From: Myxococcales bacterium
Lineage (GTDB): Bacteria; Myxococcota_A; UBA9042; JABWCM01; BTVJ01
NCBI GenBank assembly: GCA_045863395.1
Contig: BTVJ01000034.1
Location: 16,152 to 80,151 of the forward strand
DNA length: 64,000 bases
Reading direction: 5' to 3'
Each line of letters opens with the position of its first letter. Position 1 is the first letter of the stretch. Position numbers and translations under genes: made by a program. Positions 41,581-51,268 of the stretch are shown here, piece by piece. The notes below the pieces were generated by a model. It searched no databases. It worked only from the letters and a program-made list of their open reading frames with translations, and was not told the DNA's origin.

Positions 41581-42381
41581 ATGATCCGATCCCTGCATAC
41601 GGCGGCGAGTGGCATGGAAGCGCAGCAGCTCCGCATCGACACCATCGCCAACAACCTGGCCAACGTGAACACCAGCGGCTTCAAGAAGAGCCGCGCCGAG
41701 TTCCAGGACCTCTTCTACCAGCAGCTCCGGGCGGCCGGCTCCGCGCAGACGACACGGGCTGCGGTCGTGCAGTCGGGCCCCCCTGTCGGGCTGGAGGTCG
41801 GCCAGGGGACGCGGCCGGTGGCGACGCAGAAGATCTTCAGCATGGGCGAGCTCATGCAGACCAACAACCCTCTGGACCTTGCCATCGAGGGCCAGGGCTT
41901 CTTCAAGGTGCTCCGGCCGGACGGAAGCTTCGCGTACACCCGGGCGGGCGCCTTCAAGACCAACGCGGACGGGGTCATCGTCACGGCGGAGGGGCAGCCC
42001 CTGGACCCGGTGATCACCATCCCGCCGGATACGGTCAACGTGCTCATCGACACCGACGGCACCATCAAGGCGCAGGGACCGGGGGACGTGGACGCGGTGG
42101 AGATCGGCAGCATCGAGCTGGTGCAGTTCGTGAACAACGCCGGCCTCCACAACCTGGGCCACGGCCTGTACACGGAGACGGAGGCCAGCGGCCCGCCCAT
42201 CTTCGGCAACCCGGGCGAGGACGGCCTCGGGCAGATCGCGCAAGGAATGCTGGAGTCGAGCAACGTGAAGGTCGTCGAGGAGATGATCGACCTCATCGCC
42301 GCGCAGCGCGCGTATGAGATCAACTCCCGCGTCATCCAGACCACCGACGAGATGCTGCGGCAGGTCACGACGCTTCGGTAG
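41581..42381 (+). CDS. flgG: Flagellar basal-body rod protein FlgG
   Basis: MIRSLHTAASGM.AQQ...IANNLANVNTSGFKKSRAEFQDL, YTRAGAF, QGMLESSNV.VVEEM.DLI.AQRAYEINS. Confidence 0.97.
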   Translation: MIRSLHTAASGMEAQQLRIDTIANNLANVNTSGFKKSRAEFQDLFYQQLRAAGSAQTTRAAVVQSGPPVGLEVGQGTRPVATQKIFSMGELMQTNNPLDLAIEGQGFFKVLRPDGSFAYTRAGAFKTNADGVIVTAEGQPLDPVITIPPDTVNVLIDTDGTIKAQGPGDVDAVEIGSIELVQFVNNAGLHNLGHGLYTETEASGPPIFGNPGEDGLGQIAQGMLESSNVKVVEEMIDLIAAQRAYEINSRVIQTTDEMLRQVTTLR

Positions 42382-42395
42382 CGCTTCGGAGTGTG

Positions 42396-43070
42396 ATGCA
42401 CAGGACTGTGCTCTTCCTCGCCCTGCTGTCATGGGGGTCGGCGCAGGCTGCGAGCATCGACCGCGAGCTGGAGTCGCGCCTCGTGGAGGCGGTGCGAGAG
42501 CGGGTGGGAGCGGGAGAGGTCCGGGTCCGGGACGTGCGTCCCTCGAACCGGAAGGCGCTTGCTGCCGCGGCGCGCGTCGTATCCGTGACGCTCCCGCCCG
42601 GCGAGAAGGGGACAGGGAAGGTGACGGCCAGCGTCACCGTCGCCAGCCGAGGGGGGACAGAGGAGGACCTGTGGGTCACGGCGCGGGTCGAGATCGCGGT
42701 GCCGGTGGTGGTGGCCGCCCGGGAGATTGCCCGGGGGGCGGCCGTCGGGGGGAGCGACGTGAGGGTGGAGACGCGCACGGACGTCCGGGAGGGCTTCGGG
42801 GACGTGGGCGAGGTCATCGGGAGGGAGGCGCGGCGCGCCATTCGCCAGGGGGAGGTGCTGGACCCGCGGCTCCTGACGCTGCCCATCGTGATCAGGCGAG
42901 GCGACGTCGTGAGCGCGGTGGTGATGGGGGCGGCGTTCCAGGTGCGGTCGAGGGCCGAGGCGCGGGAGAGCGGCGCCGTGGGTGACGTCATTCGGGTGCA
43001 GCTCACCGGAAGCAAGAAGGTGCTGCGGGGGCGGGTGGTGAGCGCCGAGATGGTGGAGGTGACGCAATGA
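42396..43070 (+). CDS. flgA: P-ring chaperone FlgA
   Basis: Signal peptide; SAF domain VVVAAREIARG; IRRGDVV...AEARESGAVGDVIRV..TGSKKVL. Confidence 0.92.
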   Translation: MHRTVLFLALLSWGSAQAASIDRELESRLVEAVRERVGAGEVRVRDVRPSNRKALAAAARVVSVTLPPGEKGTGKVTASVTVASRGGTEEDLWVTARVEIAVPVVVAAREIARGAAVGGSDVRVETRTDVREGFGDVGEVIGREARRAIRQGEVLDPRLLTLPIVIRRGDVVSAVVMGAAFQVRSRAEARESGAVGDVIRVQLTGSKKVLRGRVVSAEMVEVTQ

Positions 43071-43759
43071 GCATGCGGGGAGCGTGGCTGGGCATCGTCG
43101 CGGCGGGGCTGCTCGTCGGGTGCGTCCAGCACATCGGCGACTACGAGCCGAAGCGCAGGCAGTACAAGAGCCCGGTCGACTTCCAGCTCATCGAGGGGCC
43201 GCTGCACAACGGGTCGCTGTTCAACCCGAACCACCCGGGGTCGTTCTTGTTCGCGGACCAGCGGGCCATGTACCTGGGCGATCTCGTGACCGTGCGCATC
43301 AAGGAGGTCGCCGACGCCAAGCGGGCCGCCACGACCAAGCTGAGCCGCGAGTCCAACGTGAACTTCCAGATCTCGGCCTTCTTCACGCTGCTCGAGCAGA
43401 TCGACCCGGACCTCACGAAGAAGAACATGCTCAACGCCATGTTCTCCAACGGCTTCGACGGCATGGGGCAGACGGCCAGGACGGAGCACTTCGAGGCGAC
43501 GGTGCCGTCCATCGTGCGGGAGGTGCTGCCCAACGGCAACCTCTTCATCGAGGGGCAGCGGGTGATCCTCGTGAACCTGGAGGAGCACCACTTCTACATC
43601 AGCGGCGTGATCCGGCCGGTGGACATCCAGGGCGACAACAGCATCGAGTCGTCGCTGATCGCGGACGCGGAGATCGAGTTCACGGGGCGCGGGGTCATCA
43701 GCGAGAAGCAGTCCCCCGGGTGGCTGTCGCGGGCCCTCGACTACGCGTCTCCTTTCTAG
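43067..43759 (+). CDS. flgH: L-ring protein FlgH
   Basis: LVGC lipobox; GSLF, LFADQRA..GDLVTVRI.E, VLPNGNLFIEG, SGVIRPVDI..DN.I.S..IADA.I, PGWL. Confidence 0.96.
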   Translation: MSMRGAWLGIVAAGLLVGCVQHIGDYEPKRRQYKSPVDFQLIEGPLHNGSLFNPNHPGSFLFADQRAMYLGDLVTVRIKEVADAKRAATTKLSRESNVNFQISAFFTLLEQIDPDLTKKNMLNAMFSNGFDGMGQTARTEHFEATVPSIVREVLPNGNLFIEGQRVILVNLEEHHFYISGVIRPVDIQGDNSIESSLIADAEIEFTGRGVISEKQSPGWLSRALDYASPF

Positions 43760-43775
43760 AATTGAGGTCGGGACC

Positions 43776-44885
43776 ATGCGCACCTTCCTGATCGCAGTGG
43801 CACTGATGCTGGTCGCGGGTGAGGCCTGGGCGACGCGCATCAAGGACATCGCCCACGTGGACGGCGTCCGGCCGAACCAGCTCGTCGGGTACGGGCTCGT
43901 CGTCGGCCTCGACGGGACGGGGGACACCAAGCGCGCGACGATGACCACGCAGTCCCTGGCGGCCATGCTGTCGCGCATGGGCGTGCGCATCGACCCCGAG
44001 CAGCTCCACCTCAGGAACGTCGCCGCGGTCATGGTCACGGCGATGCTTCCGCCCATGTCGCAGCCGGGGTCCGCCGTGGACGTGGTGGTCAGCTCCATCG
44101 GCAACGCGCGGAGCCTGTTCGGGGGCACGCTGATGCTGACGCCGCTCAAGGGCCTCGACGGGCGGACCTACGCCGTCGCGCAGGGTCCGCTCCAGGTGGG
44201 CGGCTTCGGGGCCGAGGGGGCGAGCGGGAGCCGGTTCCAGAAGAACCACTTGAATGTGGGGCGGGTCGCGTCGGGGGCGCTGGTCGAGCAGAGCGTCCCC
44301 ATCACGATGGGAGACGGCGAATACATCATGATCCAGATCGATGCGCCGGACTTCACGACCGCCGAGGTGGTGGCCAAGGCGATCAACGACGCGGGTGGGA
44401 CCCTCGGCGGGGGCGCGAACATGGCGCTGCCCATGAGCGCCGCCGAGGTGCGGGTGACGGTGCCGGCGGCGCGGAAGGCGGCGCTCGCGTCCTTCATCGC
44501 GGCCATCGAGGTGTTGGAGGTGCAGCCCGACACGGTCGCCAAGGTCGTGCTCAACAGCCGGACGGGGACGGTGGTGCTCGGCGACAACGTGCGCATCTCG
44601 ACCGTGGCCGTGGCTCACGGGGGGCTGACCATCGAGGTCGGCGAGACGCCCCAGGTGTCGCAGCCGACGGCGCCCTTCGGGGCGGGGACGACGGTGCGGA
44701 CCACGCAGTCGACGGTGAAGGCTACGGAGCAAGGGGACTCGCTGAAGCTGGTGCAGGCGGGAGCAACGCTCGGGGACGTGGTCAAGGCACTCAACACGCT
44801 GGGGGCGACGCCGCGGGATCTCATCGACATCCTGCAGGCCATCAAGGCGGCGGGCGCGCTGCACGGCGAGCTGGAGGTCCTGTGA
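43776..44885 (+). CDS. flgI: P-ring protein FlgI
   Basis: RIKDIA...GVRPNQLVGYGLVVGLDGTGD, NVAAVMVTA.LPP, SL.GGTL.LTPL.G.DG..YA.AQG, ALN.LG.TPRDLI.ILQAIKAAGALHGEL. Confidence 0.98.
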   Translation: MRTFLIAVALMLVAGEAWATRIKDIAHVDGVRPNQLVGYGLVVGLDGTGDTKRATMTTQSLAAMLSRMGVRIDPEQLHLRNVAAVMVTAMLPPMSQPGSAVDVVVSSIGNARSLFGGTLMLTPLKGLDGRTYAVAQGPLQVGGFGAEGASGSRFQKNHLNVGRVASGALVEQSVPITMGDGEYIMIQIDAPDFTTAEVVAKAINDAGGTLGGGANMALPMSAAEVRVTVPAARKAALASFIAAIEVLEVQPDTVAKVVLNSRTGTVVLGDNVRISTVAVAHGGLTIEVGETPQVSQPTAPFGAGTTVRTTQSTVKATEQGDSLKLVQAGATLGDVVKALNTLGATPRDLIDILQAIKAAGALHGELEVL

Positions 44886-45478
44886 AGCTGGAGCCGACCG
44901 GGGTGCCGATGGTGGGGAGCCGCAGCGAGGTCGCGATGGACCGCGTGGAGGCCGCGGCGCGCGGCGCCGAGTCGCGGGAGGACCTCGAGCACGTCGCCAA
45001 GGAGTTCGAGGCGCTCATGCTCACGAAGCTGGTGGAGTCCATGCGCGCGACGGTGCCCAAGTCAGATCTGTGGGCTGGCGGATCGAGCCAGGGCATGTAC
45101 GACGGCATGATGGACGACGCACTCGGGCACCACCTGGCCAACAGTGGCGGGCTCGGCGTGGCGAAGGAGCTGATGCGGAGCTGGGGTCGCGGCACGGGGA
45201 GCGGAGAGATGGGGGGAGGGGGCATTGGGGAGCTTCGACAGGTCGAGCCATCGCGAGGGCGCTCGGAGCGGGGCGAGCGCCTGCCGCCGGACGAGCTGTC
45301 GCGCATCCTCCAGGCGTCGCGAGACCTGGGCGGGCGGGACGACGGCGAGACCCCCCTGTCGGAGCTGCCTCCCCCGACGCGGGACGAGTGGCTCTTCAGC
45401 CCCCAGGCGGAGCAGGTGTTGCGGGCGCTGATCAGCAACGACCCGGCGTCGCCCGGCGGGAGTGACGATGGACTTTAG
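44882..45478 (+). CDS. flgJ: FlgJ-like rod-binding protein without a muramidase domain
   Basis: LEHVAKEFEALML..LV.SMRATVP...MY.GMMD...LA..GGLGVA; directly after flgI. Confidence 0.85.
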   Translation: MKLEPTGVPMVGSRSEVAMDRVEAAARGAESREDLEHVAKEFEALMLTKLVESMRATVPKSDLWAGGSSQGMYDGMMDDALGHHLANSGGLGVAKELMRSWGRGTGSGEMGGGGIGELRQVEPSRGRSERGERLPPDELSRILQASRDLGGRDDGETPLSELPPPTRDEWLFSPQAEQVLRALISNDPASPGGSDDGL

Positions 45479-45506
45479 GCAGTTTGGCGGGGTTCGGGTG
45501 CGGCCG

Positions 45507-45536
45507 GTTAAGGACGGCGCTCCCAGGCCCGTTGTG
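45507..45536 (+). promoter_or_regulatory. Sigma-28-like promoter of flgM
   Basis: GTTAAGG-N16-CGTTGTG; the same elements and spacing recur at 48872 and 56898. Confidence 0.7.
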
Positions 45537-45574
45537 CCCCCTGACGAGCCCCTGCCTCGTCGGAGGAGAAGTCC

Positions 45575-45871
45575 ATGAGCACCACCCGACCCCTCGGCCC
45601 CAAGGGTCTGCCCGAGCTTGCGCCCACCCGCCAGACCGCAGTGACCGTGCCCGCCTCCGAGCCGCAGAGCGGCGACGAGGCCCCTGCGCACGTCGCCGAC
45701 AGCGTGGGGAGGGTGCAGCAGACGCTGATCGCTGGCCGCGAGCACGTCGCCCGGGCGGACGCGCAGTTGCTGGCGGAGCTGAAGGAGGCCATCAAGAGCG
45801 GCACGTTCAAGGTGAACGTGGACGAGCTGGCGGAGCGGCTGATCGCCGACGCCTTTGGAGACGATGGGTGA
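45575..45871 (+). CDS. flgM: Anti-sigma-28 factor FlgM
   Basis: 98 aa; C-terminal LAELKEAIKSGTFKVNVDELAERL; SD GGAGG. Confidence 0.9.
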   Translation: MSTTRPLGPKGLPELAPTRQTAVTVPASEPQSGDEAPAHVADSVGRVQQTLIAGREHVARADAQLLAELKEAIKSGTFKVNVDELAERLIADAFGDDG

Positions 45872-46368
45872 TAGCGGTCGGAGAGCTGGTGCAGGTGCTC
45901 GATGAGCAGACGGCGCTCGTCGACGAGCTGATCGAGGTTGCGGAGCGAGAGCGGGCGCACCTCATCGCGTTCGAGCCCCACCGGATCCAGGCGTGCGTGG
46001 AGGAGAAGCGGGCGCTGCTCGAGCGGGAGCGGGCGCTGGAGGAGCGGCGGCAGGTCGCGCTGGCGTCGGTGCTGGACGCGCTGGGCGTTTCTGCGGAGGA
46101 CGCGGAGACCGTGGACGACCTGGCCGCCCTGCTGCCCTCCCATGGGGGCGAATTGCGGGAGAGCGCTGCGAGACTGCGGGAGCGGGTCCAAGCGCTCGGC
46201 GCCCACCACGCCATCAATCAGGAGCACACGGAGCGCGCCCTGCGCTGGGTGAACGCCTACGTGGGCGTCCTGCGGGGGGCCGCCGAACCCACCCCCACCA
46301 ACAGATACGCGCCAAGCGGCCGCACAGCGACGGGGGGCACCGCGCCCACCGTCAACCGTCGCGCATAG
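45868..46368 (+). CDS. flgN: FlgN export chaperone
   Basis: Helical L..EQ.....L.E....ER..L...I...VEEK...N pattern; between flgM and flgK; GTGA overlap. Confidence 0.8.
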   Translation: MIAVGELVQVLDEQTALVDELIEVAERERAHLIAFEPHRIQACVEEKRALLERERALEERRQVALASVLDALGVSAEDAETVDDLAALLPSHGGELRESAARLRERVQALGAHHAINQEHTERALRWVNAYVGVLRGAAEPTPTNRYAPSGRTATGGTAPTVNRRA

Positions 46369-46379
46369 GAGCCCCCCAC

Positions 46380-47768
46380 GTGGCGATCACGACCATCCAG
46401 GAGATCCTGAGCCTCGGCAAGAGCGGCCTGAACGCGAGCAAGAACCTGCTCGGGCTCACGTCGCAGAACGTCGCCAACGTGGGGACGCCCGGGTACTCGC
46501 GGCAGCGCATGAACCTGGCGAACGCTGCGGTGCTGGGACTCGGCGTGGTCGCCGGGAACCCGCAAGCCGTGCGAAATGCGTTCACGTTCAAGGCGCTGCT
46601 CAACGCCAGCGGCAGCAAGGGGAGCTACGACGGGCAGCTCGCCGCGCTGAGCCTGGTCGAGCCGGTGGTCAACGAGCTGGACGGGGTCGGGCTCCAGGCG
46701 GCGCTCAACAAGTTCCTGGAGTCGCTCGGCCAGGTGAGCGCCAACCCGAGCGGCGACCCGGAGCGCATCCAGCTCATCCAGGCGTCGAAGGGCCTCGCGG
46801 GCCAGTTCAAGGTGGCGGCGCAGGGCCTCCAGGACGCGGCGAGCGGCGCGGCGAACCAGGTCAAGCAGACGGCGGAGCAGGTCAACCAGAAGCTGAAGGA
46901 CATCGCGAAGCTCAACGCGCAGATCGAGGGGCTGACCAGCACGAACCAGAACGCCAACGCCCTGATCGACCAGCGGGACAAGCTGCTGAGCGAGCTGTCT
47001 GAGCTGGTGTCGGTGCAGGTGGTCCACGAGGGCGACGGCACGGTCAACATCTTCGCGGCGGGCGGGCGCCCGCTGGTGGAGGGCCTCAAGGCGAGCGAGC
47101 TGGTCGTGTCGGGGCCCGACGGGGCCGGGGTGATCTCCGTTCAGGTCAAGAAGCCCAACGGGGTGCTGGTCGATCCGCTGGCGCCCTTCGGGGGCAAGCT
47201 GGGAGGGCTGATCGGTGCGTATGATCAGGAGATCCTCCCCGCCATCGAGAAGCTCGACGAGATGGCCTTCCAGTTCATGAACGCGTTCAACGCCCAGCAC
47301 CAGGTCGGCTTCGGCAAGGACGGGACGACCGGGCAGCTCTACTGGGAGCCGGTGGTCGTGCAGCAGGGCGCGGCCTTCAACGTGAAGCTGGCCGCGGCCA
47401 TCGAGACCAACCCCAACGCCATCGCGGCGGCGGGGGCGGCGGGGGACCTCCCCGGGGCGAACGACAACATGCTCCTCCTGATGGCCATCCAGGAGAGCCC
47501 GCTCATGGCCGACGGCAGCTCCGTCACCGGCGCCTGGCAGAACCTGGGCCAGCGCATCGGCTCCGCCATCAACACGGCGAAGGTTGGGGCGCTCACGGAC
47601 GGGGGCACCATCGACCAGCTCTACGCGCTGCAGCAGGCGGAGAGCGGCGTGAGCCTCGACGAGGAGATGGTCAACATGATGATCGCGCAGAAGAGCCTTG
47701 AGGCCGCGAGCGCGGTGATCCGGACGGCGGACGACATGTTCGACACGATCCTGTCCATTGTCCGGTAG
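46380..47768 (+). CDS. flgK: Hook-associated protein FlgK
   Basis: G.SGLNA......TSQNVANVGTPGYSRQR, L.DQRD.LL.ELS, GG.LGGL, SGVSLDEEMVNM...QK...A...VI...D.MFDTIL. Confidence 0.95.
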   Translation: MAITTIQEILSLGKSGLNASKNLLGLTSQNVANVGTPGYSRQRMNLANAAVLGLGVVAGNPQAVRNAFTFKALLNASGSKGSYDGQLAALSLVEPVVNELDGVGLQAALNKFLESLGQVSANPSGDPERIQLIQASKGLAGQFKVAAQGLQDAASGAANQVKQTAEQVNQKLKDIAKLNAQIEGLTSTNQNANALIDQRDKLLSELSELVSVQVVHEGDGTVNIFAAGGRPLVEGLKASELVVSGPDGAGVISVQVKKPNGVLVDPLAPFGGKLGGLIGAYDQEILPAIEKLDEMAFQFMNAFNAQHQVGFGKDGTTGQLYWEPVVVQQGAAFNVKLAAAIETNPNAIAAAGAAGDLPGANDNMLLLMAIQESPLMADGSSVTGAWQNLGQRIGSAINTAKVGALTDGGTIDQLYALQQAESGVSLDEEMVNMMIAQKSLEAASAVIRTADDMFDTILSIVR

Positions 47769-47828
47769 GGCGCTACGCTGGTAGGGCCTTAGGTCCGCAG
47801 GGGGACTACGAACCAAGAGGAATCGACG

Positions 47829-48716
47829 ATGCGCGTCTCCGACCCGATGTTCAAGCAGCTCACGATTCAGCAGAACGCGAAGAACGCCCAGGCGCTCTTC
47901 GAGGCGGGCGAGCCGCTCATGACGGGGAGGCGCGTCAACCGCCCGAGCGACGACCCCATCGCGGCGGCGCGCATCGCGGAGCTGGATCGGGCGCTGGCGA
48001 AGTTCGGGGCGTATGAGAAGGCGCGGACGATGGTCGAGCTGGACCTGACGACCATGGAGGGGACGCTCCAGACGGCGCAGTCGGTGCTCGGCCAGCTCAA
48101 GGAGCTCGCCGTCCAGATGGTGAACGACACGTACAACGCGGATGATCGCGCTGCAGCGGCAACGGCTGCCGCCGGGCTGAGGGACCAGCTCATCAAGCTG
48201 GCCAACACCCAGCAAGCCGACGGACGGTACCTGTTTGCGGGTGTCGCCGAGGGCGCTCCGGCCTATGACGTGGTGACTGGCGCCTACCAGGGGAGCGCCA
48301 TCAACCGCGAGCTGGAGATCCTGCCCGGCCTCTTCGTCGAAGGGACGCTGAATGGAGCACAGACTTTTGGCGGAGGACCCGGACCCACGGTGTTCGAGGA
48401 GATCGACGCCTTGATTGCCGGGCTCCAGGCCAATGATCAGGTCGCGATCCAACAGTCCATCGGGAACCTCGACACCGCCACGGCAACGGTCGGCATTGCG
48501 CAGTCACGCATTGGCGGAGCGCTCCAGAACCTGGACCTGGCAGCGGTAACGACGGACGACCTCAAGTTCAACCTGTTGTTGCGACGTTCCAGCGAGCAGG
48601 ACCCGGACATCGCCACCCAAGCCAGCATGTACTCTTCGGCCGAGCAGGCCCTCACCGCCTCCATCGAGCTGTCGAAGAAGCTCCTCACCTCGTCACTGCT
48701 GCAGTGGCTCAGATAG
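47829..48716 (+). CDS. flgL: Hook-associated protein FlgL
   Basis: MRVS, TGRRVNRPSDDP, LAN....GRYLFAG, SLLQWLR C-terminus. Confidence 0.93.
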   Translation: MRVSDPMFKQLTIQQNAKNAQALFEAGEPLMTGRRVNRPSDDPIAAARIAELDRALAKFGAYEKARTMVELDLTTMEGTLQTAQSVLGQLKELAVQMVNDTYNADDRAAAATAAAGLRDQLIKLANTQQADGRYLFAGVAEGAPAYDVVTGAYQGSAINRELEILPGLFVEGTLNGAQTFGGGPGPTVFEEIDALIAGLQANDQVAIQQSIGNLDTATATVGIAQSRIGGALQNLDLAAVTTDDLKFNLLLRRSSEQDPDIATQASMYSSAEQALTASIELSKKLLTSSLLQWLR

Positions 48717-48871
48717 ATGAATGCCAGGCGGTCCATTCAGCTCGTTGATGGGCCCCCCCGGTACCCTGGCGCCTCGCGAGGGCCGGAGCGTATGAGCCCA
48801 CGCTGCTGCGCTCACGAGCGCACCGGCTTCGGTGTGGATCACCGGTTCGTTGGCGCTTTTTTCCACTGGCA

Positions 48872-48901
48872 GTTAAGGTCTCCAGGGCGCGCCACGTTGT
48901 G
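48872..48901 (+). promoter_or_regulatory. Sigma-28-like promoter of fliC
   Basis: GTTAAGG-N16-CGTTGTG, with a T6 tract upstream. Confidence 0.7.
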
Positions 48902-48904
48902 ACC

Positions 48905-49015
48905 AGTACGGAACGAATGGAAGTTCCAACCCTTTGCGGAAGGCCGAGCGCTTGATCGGCCCAACGAAGCCCCGCAGTCGCCTACGGCACGCGGGTGACG
49001 AACCAGGAGGAGAGA
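48905..49015 (+). promoter_or_regulatory. fliC 5' UTR with GGA-loop hairpins (putative CsrA sites)
   Basis: GGAAC-GAATGGAA-GTTCC (48910-48927), CCT-TTGCGGA-AGG (48931-48943) and CAGGAGGA over the SD. Confidence 0.55.
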
Positions 49016-49849
49016 ATGGCCCTGTCACTTCAGACCAATGTGGCGTCCATCGGCGCCCAGAACAACCTGCGCAGCACCCAGCGCATGTTGGACCAGAGCA
49101 TCGCCCGGCTGTCGTCCGGCCTCCGGGTCCGCAGCGCTCGCGACGACGCCGCGGGACTCGCGGTGTCCGAGAACCTGCGCGCCCAGCTCAAGGGCTACAA
49201 CCAGGCCATCCGGAACGCGAACGACGGCGTGTCCATGGCGCAGACGGCCGAGGGAGCCCACCAGGCGGTCAGCGACATCCTCGTGCGCATGCGCGAGCTG
49301 GCGGTCCAGGCGTCGTCCGACGGCATCGGGGACTCGGAGCGGGCCTACCTGAACACCGAGTTCACGTCGCTCTACACCGAGATCAACCGCATCGCGAACG
49401 TCACCGAGTTCAACGGGATCAAGCTGACCGACGGAACGGACTCCACGTTGAGCTTCCAGATCGGGACCCGCAACAGCGCCAACGACCAGATCACCCTGTC
49501 GCTGTTCGACCTGACCAGCGCCGGTTCGGTGACTGGGAGCCTCTTCGCCCAGACAATCAGCGCCCAGGCCAACGCCTTCTCGGCGATCAGCGTCATCGAC
49601 ACGGTGCTCAACTCCCTGAACGACAGCCGCGCGAAGCTCGGCTCCGTCGCGAACCAGCTCACCGTGGCCATCGAGAACCTCGGCGTCACCATCGAGAACC
49701 TCTCGGCCGCGAACTCCCAGATCCGCGACTCCGACGTCGCCCAGGAGTCGGCGAACTTCGCGCGCGCGGCGGTGCTCCAGCAGGCTGGCGTGTCCATGCT
49801 CGCCCAGGCGAATGCCCAGCCCAACCTGGCGCTGCGGCTCCTCGGCTAG
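49016..49849 (+). CDS. fliC: Flagellin (short, 277 aa)
   Basis: MALSLQTNVAS, RLSSGLRV.SA.DDAAGLA, AIRNANDG.SM.QTAEG, RMRELAVQ, EINRI...TEFNG, RAKLG...N.L, ENLSAANSQIRD.DVAQE, LQQAGVSMLAQAN..P..ALRLLG. Confidence 0.98.
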   Translation: MALSLQTNVASIGAQNNLRSTQRMLDQSIARLSSGLRVRSARDDAAGLAVSENLRAQLKGYNQAIRNANDGVSMAQTAEGAHQAVSDILVRMRELAVQASSDGIGDSERAYLNTEFTSLYTEINRIANVTEFNGIKLTDGTDSTLSFQIGTRNSANDQITLSLFDLTSAGSVTGSLFAQTISAQANAFSAISVIDTVLNSLNDSRAKLGSVANQLTVAIENLGVTIENLSAANSQIRDSDVAQESANFARAAVLQQAGVSMLAQANAQPNLALRLLG

Positions 49850-49861
49850 TCGACGTCCTGA

Positions 49862-49888
49862 GCAGGGGAGGGCCCGCGCCTCCCCTGC
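49862..49888 (+). terminator. Strong hairpin between fliC and fliD (partial terminator or mRNA stabiliser)
   Basis: GCAGGGGAGG-GCCCGCG-CCTCCCCTGC, a perfect 10-bp stem with no U tract. Confidence 0.55.
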
Positions 49889-49918
49889 CCTGCACGCCCC
49901 TGCGGGAGGGCTACCCCC

Positions 49919-51259
49919 ATGGCATCACCAATCACCTCCAGCGGCTTGGCGTCGGGCATCGACACGAACGCAATCCTCGCCCAGCTCGTCCAGATTCAGA
50001 AGTTCCCCATCCAGAAGCTGCAGCAGCGGCAGAGCGACATCAGCACGAAGGCGGCAAAGCTGTCGGACCTGACTACGAAGCTGAAGGCTCTCGCGGACGC
50101 AGCGAAGAAGCTCGGCAACGTGGGCGACCTCCTCAGCTACTCGGCGACGACGGGGGACGAAGGCATCGCTTCGGTGACGGCCTCCGGAGCTGCGTCTCCG
50201 GCCACCTACTCGCTGAAGGTCCTTGGCTTGGCCAAGGCCGAGAAGAACCTCAGCGCCGGATTTTCGTCGTCCACGGACACCGTGGCCGGGGGAACGCTCA
50301 GCTTCTCCATCAACGGCGGGACTGCCAACGACGTCGTCATCGACGCGGGCGACTCACTGTCGACCGTGGTCAACAAGATCAATGGAGCGGACGCCGGTGT
50401 CACGGCGACCATCATCAATGACGGCCAAGGCACGCCCACCAGCTACAAGATCCTGCTGACCGCCAGCACGACGGGCTACACCGGTGCTGCCTCCGACGCG
50501 GTCACTATTGGCGACTCGGGCACCGGATTGACCTTCGCAGAGTCAGTGACCGCCACCAATGCCACACTGGAGCTCGATGACCAGCTTGTCACTCGCACCA
50601 CCAACTCCTTCTCCGATCTCGTCACGGGCCTGAGCTTCACCTTGAAGGGTGAGGGAACGACCTCGCTTCAGGTCGCGTCAGACCCGGACGCCGTTGTGGA
50701 CCGCGTGAGTGAGCTCGTAGACGCCTTCAACTCGGCAATGGGCGCGGTGTTGAAGGAGCTCAAGGTCACGTCCGACACAAAAAGGTCGGCGACTCTCGCG
50801 GGTGAGCCCTTCATGCGGTCGCTCCAGGCCGCGCTGTCTGCAATTGTCTCGAAGGACGTGGGTGACACGGGGGGCCCGTTCACGACGCTTGCCTCACTTG
50901 GCTTGGGCATGACACAGACGGGAACTCTGAAGTTGGACGAGGGCGCCTTCAAGAAGGCGCTGGAGACCAACGCCGCGTCGTTGGCCGGCGTGTTCACGAA
51001 GGAGTCCACGGGCGCGGTCGCGCTGTTCGACGACCTCGTGAGCCAGTACACCGACCCGGTCGATGGGGCGCTGACTCGGAGCGCCAAGACGCTCGCGTCC
51101 CGCAAGAGCAGCCTCTCGGACCGCATCTCCACTCTCCAGGATCGTGCCGACAGCTATGAGACGAGGCTCCGTAATCAGTTCATCGCGATGGAGCGCTCCA
51201 TCGCGCTCATCCAGTCACAGGGTGCACGAATGATGGCCATTCTGGGTTCCGGGGCATAG
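49919..51259 (+). CDS. fliD: Filament cap FliD
   Basis: GLASGIDT..I..QLV, Y.LKV..LAKA, IN.ADAGV.A.IINDG, TN.FSD.V.G..FTL, L.SLG......GTL.LD...F..AL, E.RL..QF.AME. Confidence 0.95.
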   Translation: MASPITSSGLASGIDTNAILAQLVQIQKFPIQKLQQRQSDISTKAAKLSDLTTKLKALADAAKKLGNVGDLLSYSATTGDEGIASVTASGAASPATYSLKVLGLAKAEKNLSAGFSSSTDTVAGGTLSFSINGGTANDVVIDAGDSLSTVVNKINGADAGVTATIINDGQGTPTSYKILLTASTTGYTGAASDAVTIGDSGTGLTFAESVTATNATLELDDQLVTRTTNSFSDLVTGLSFTLKGEGTTSLQVASDPDAVVDRVSELVDAFNSAMGAVLKELKVTSDTKRSATLAGEPFMRSLQAALSAIVSKDVGDTGGPFTTLASLGLGMTQTGTLKLDEGAFKKALETNAASLAGVFTKESTGAVALFDDLVSQYTDPVDGALTRSAKTLASRKSSLSDRISTLQDRADSYETRLRNQFIAMERSIALIQSQGARMMAILGSGA

Positions 51260-51268
51260 GAGGAGATC

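Noticed and set aside
47769..47828. Fourth sigma-28-like motif before flgL (TTAGGT...)
   Set aside because: No CGTTGT at the required spacing.
48905..49015. c-di-GMP riboswitch in the fliC leader
   Set aside because: Lacks the class I GGCAAA/GAAA/GACGCAAAGC elements and the class II consensus; GGA loops explain it better.
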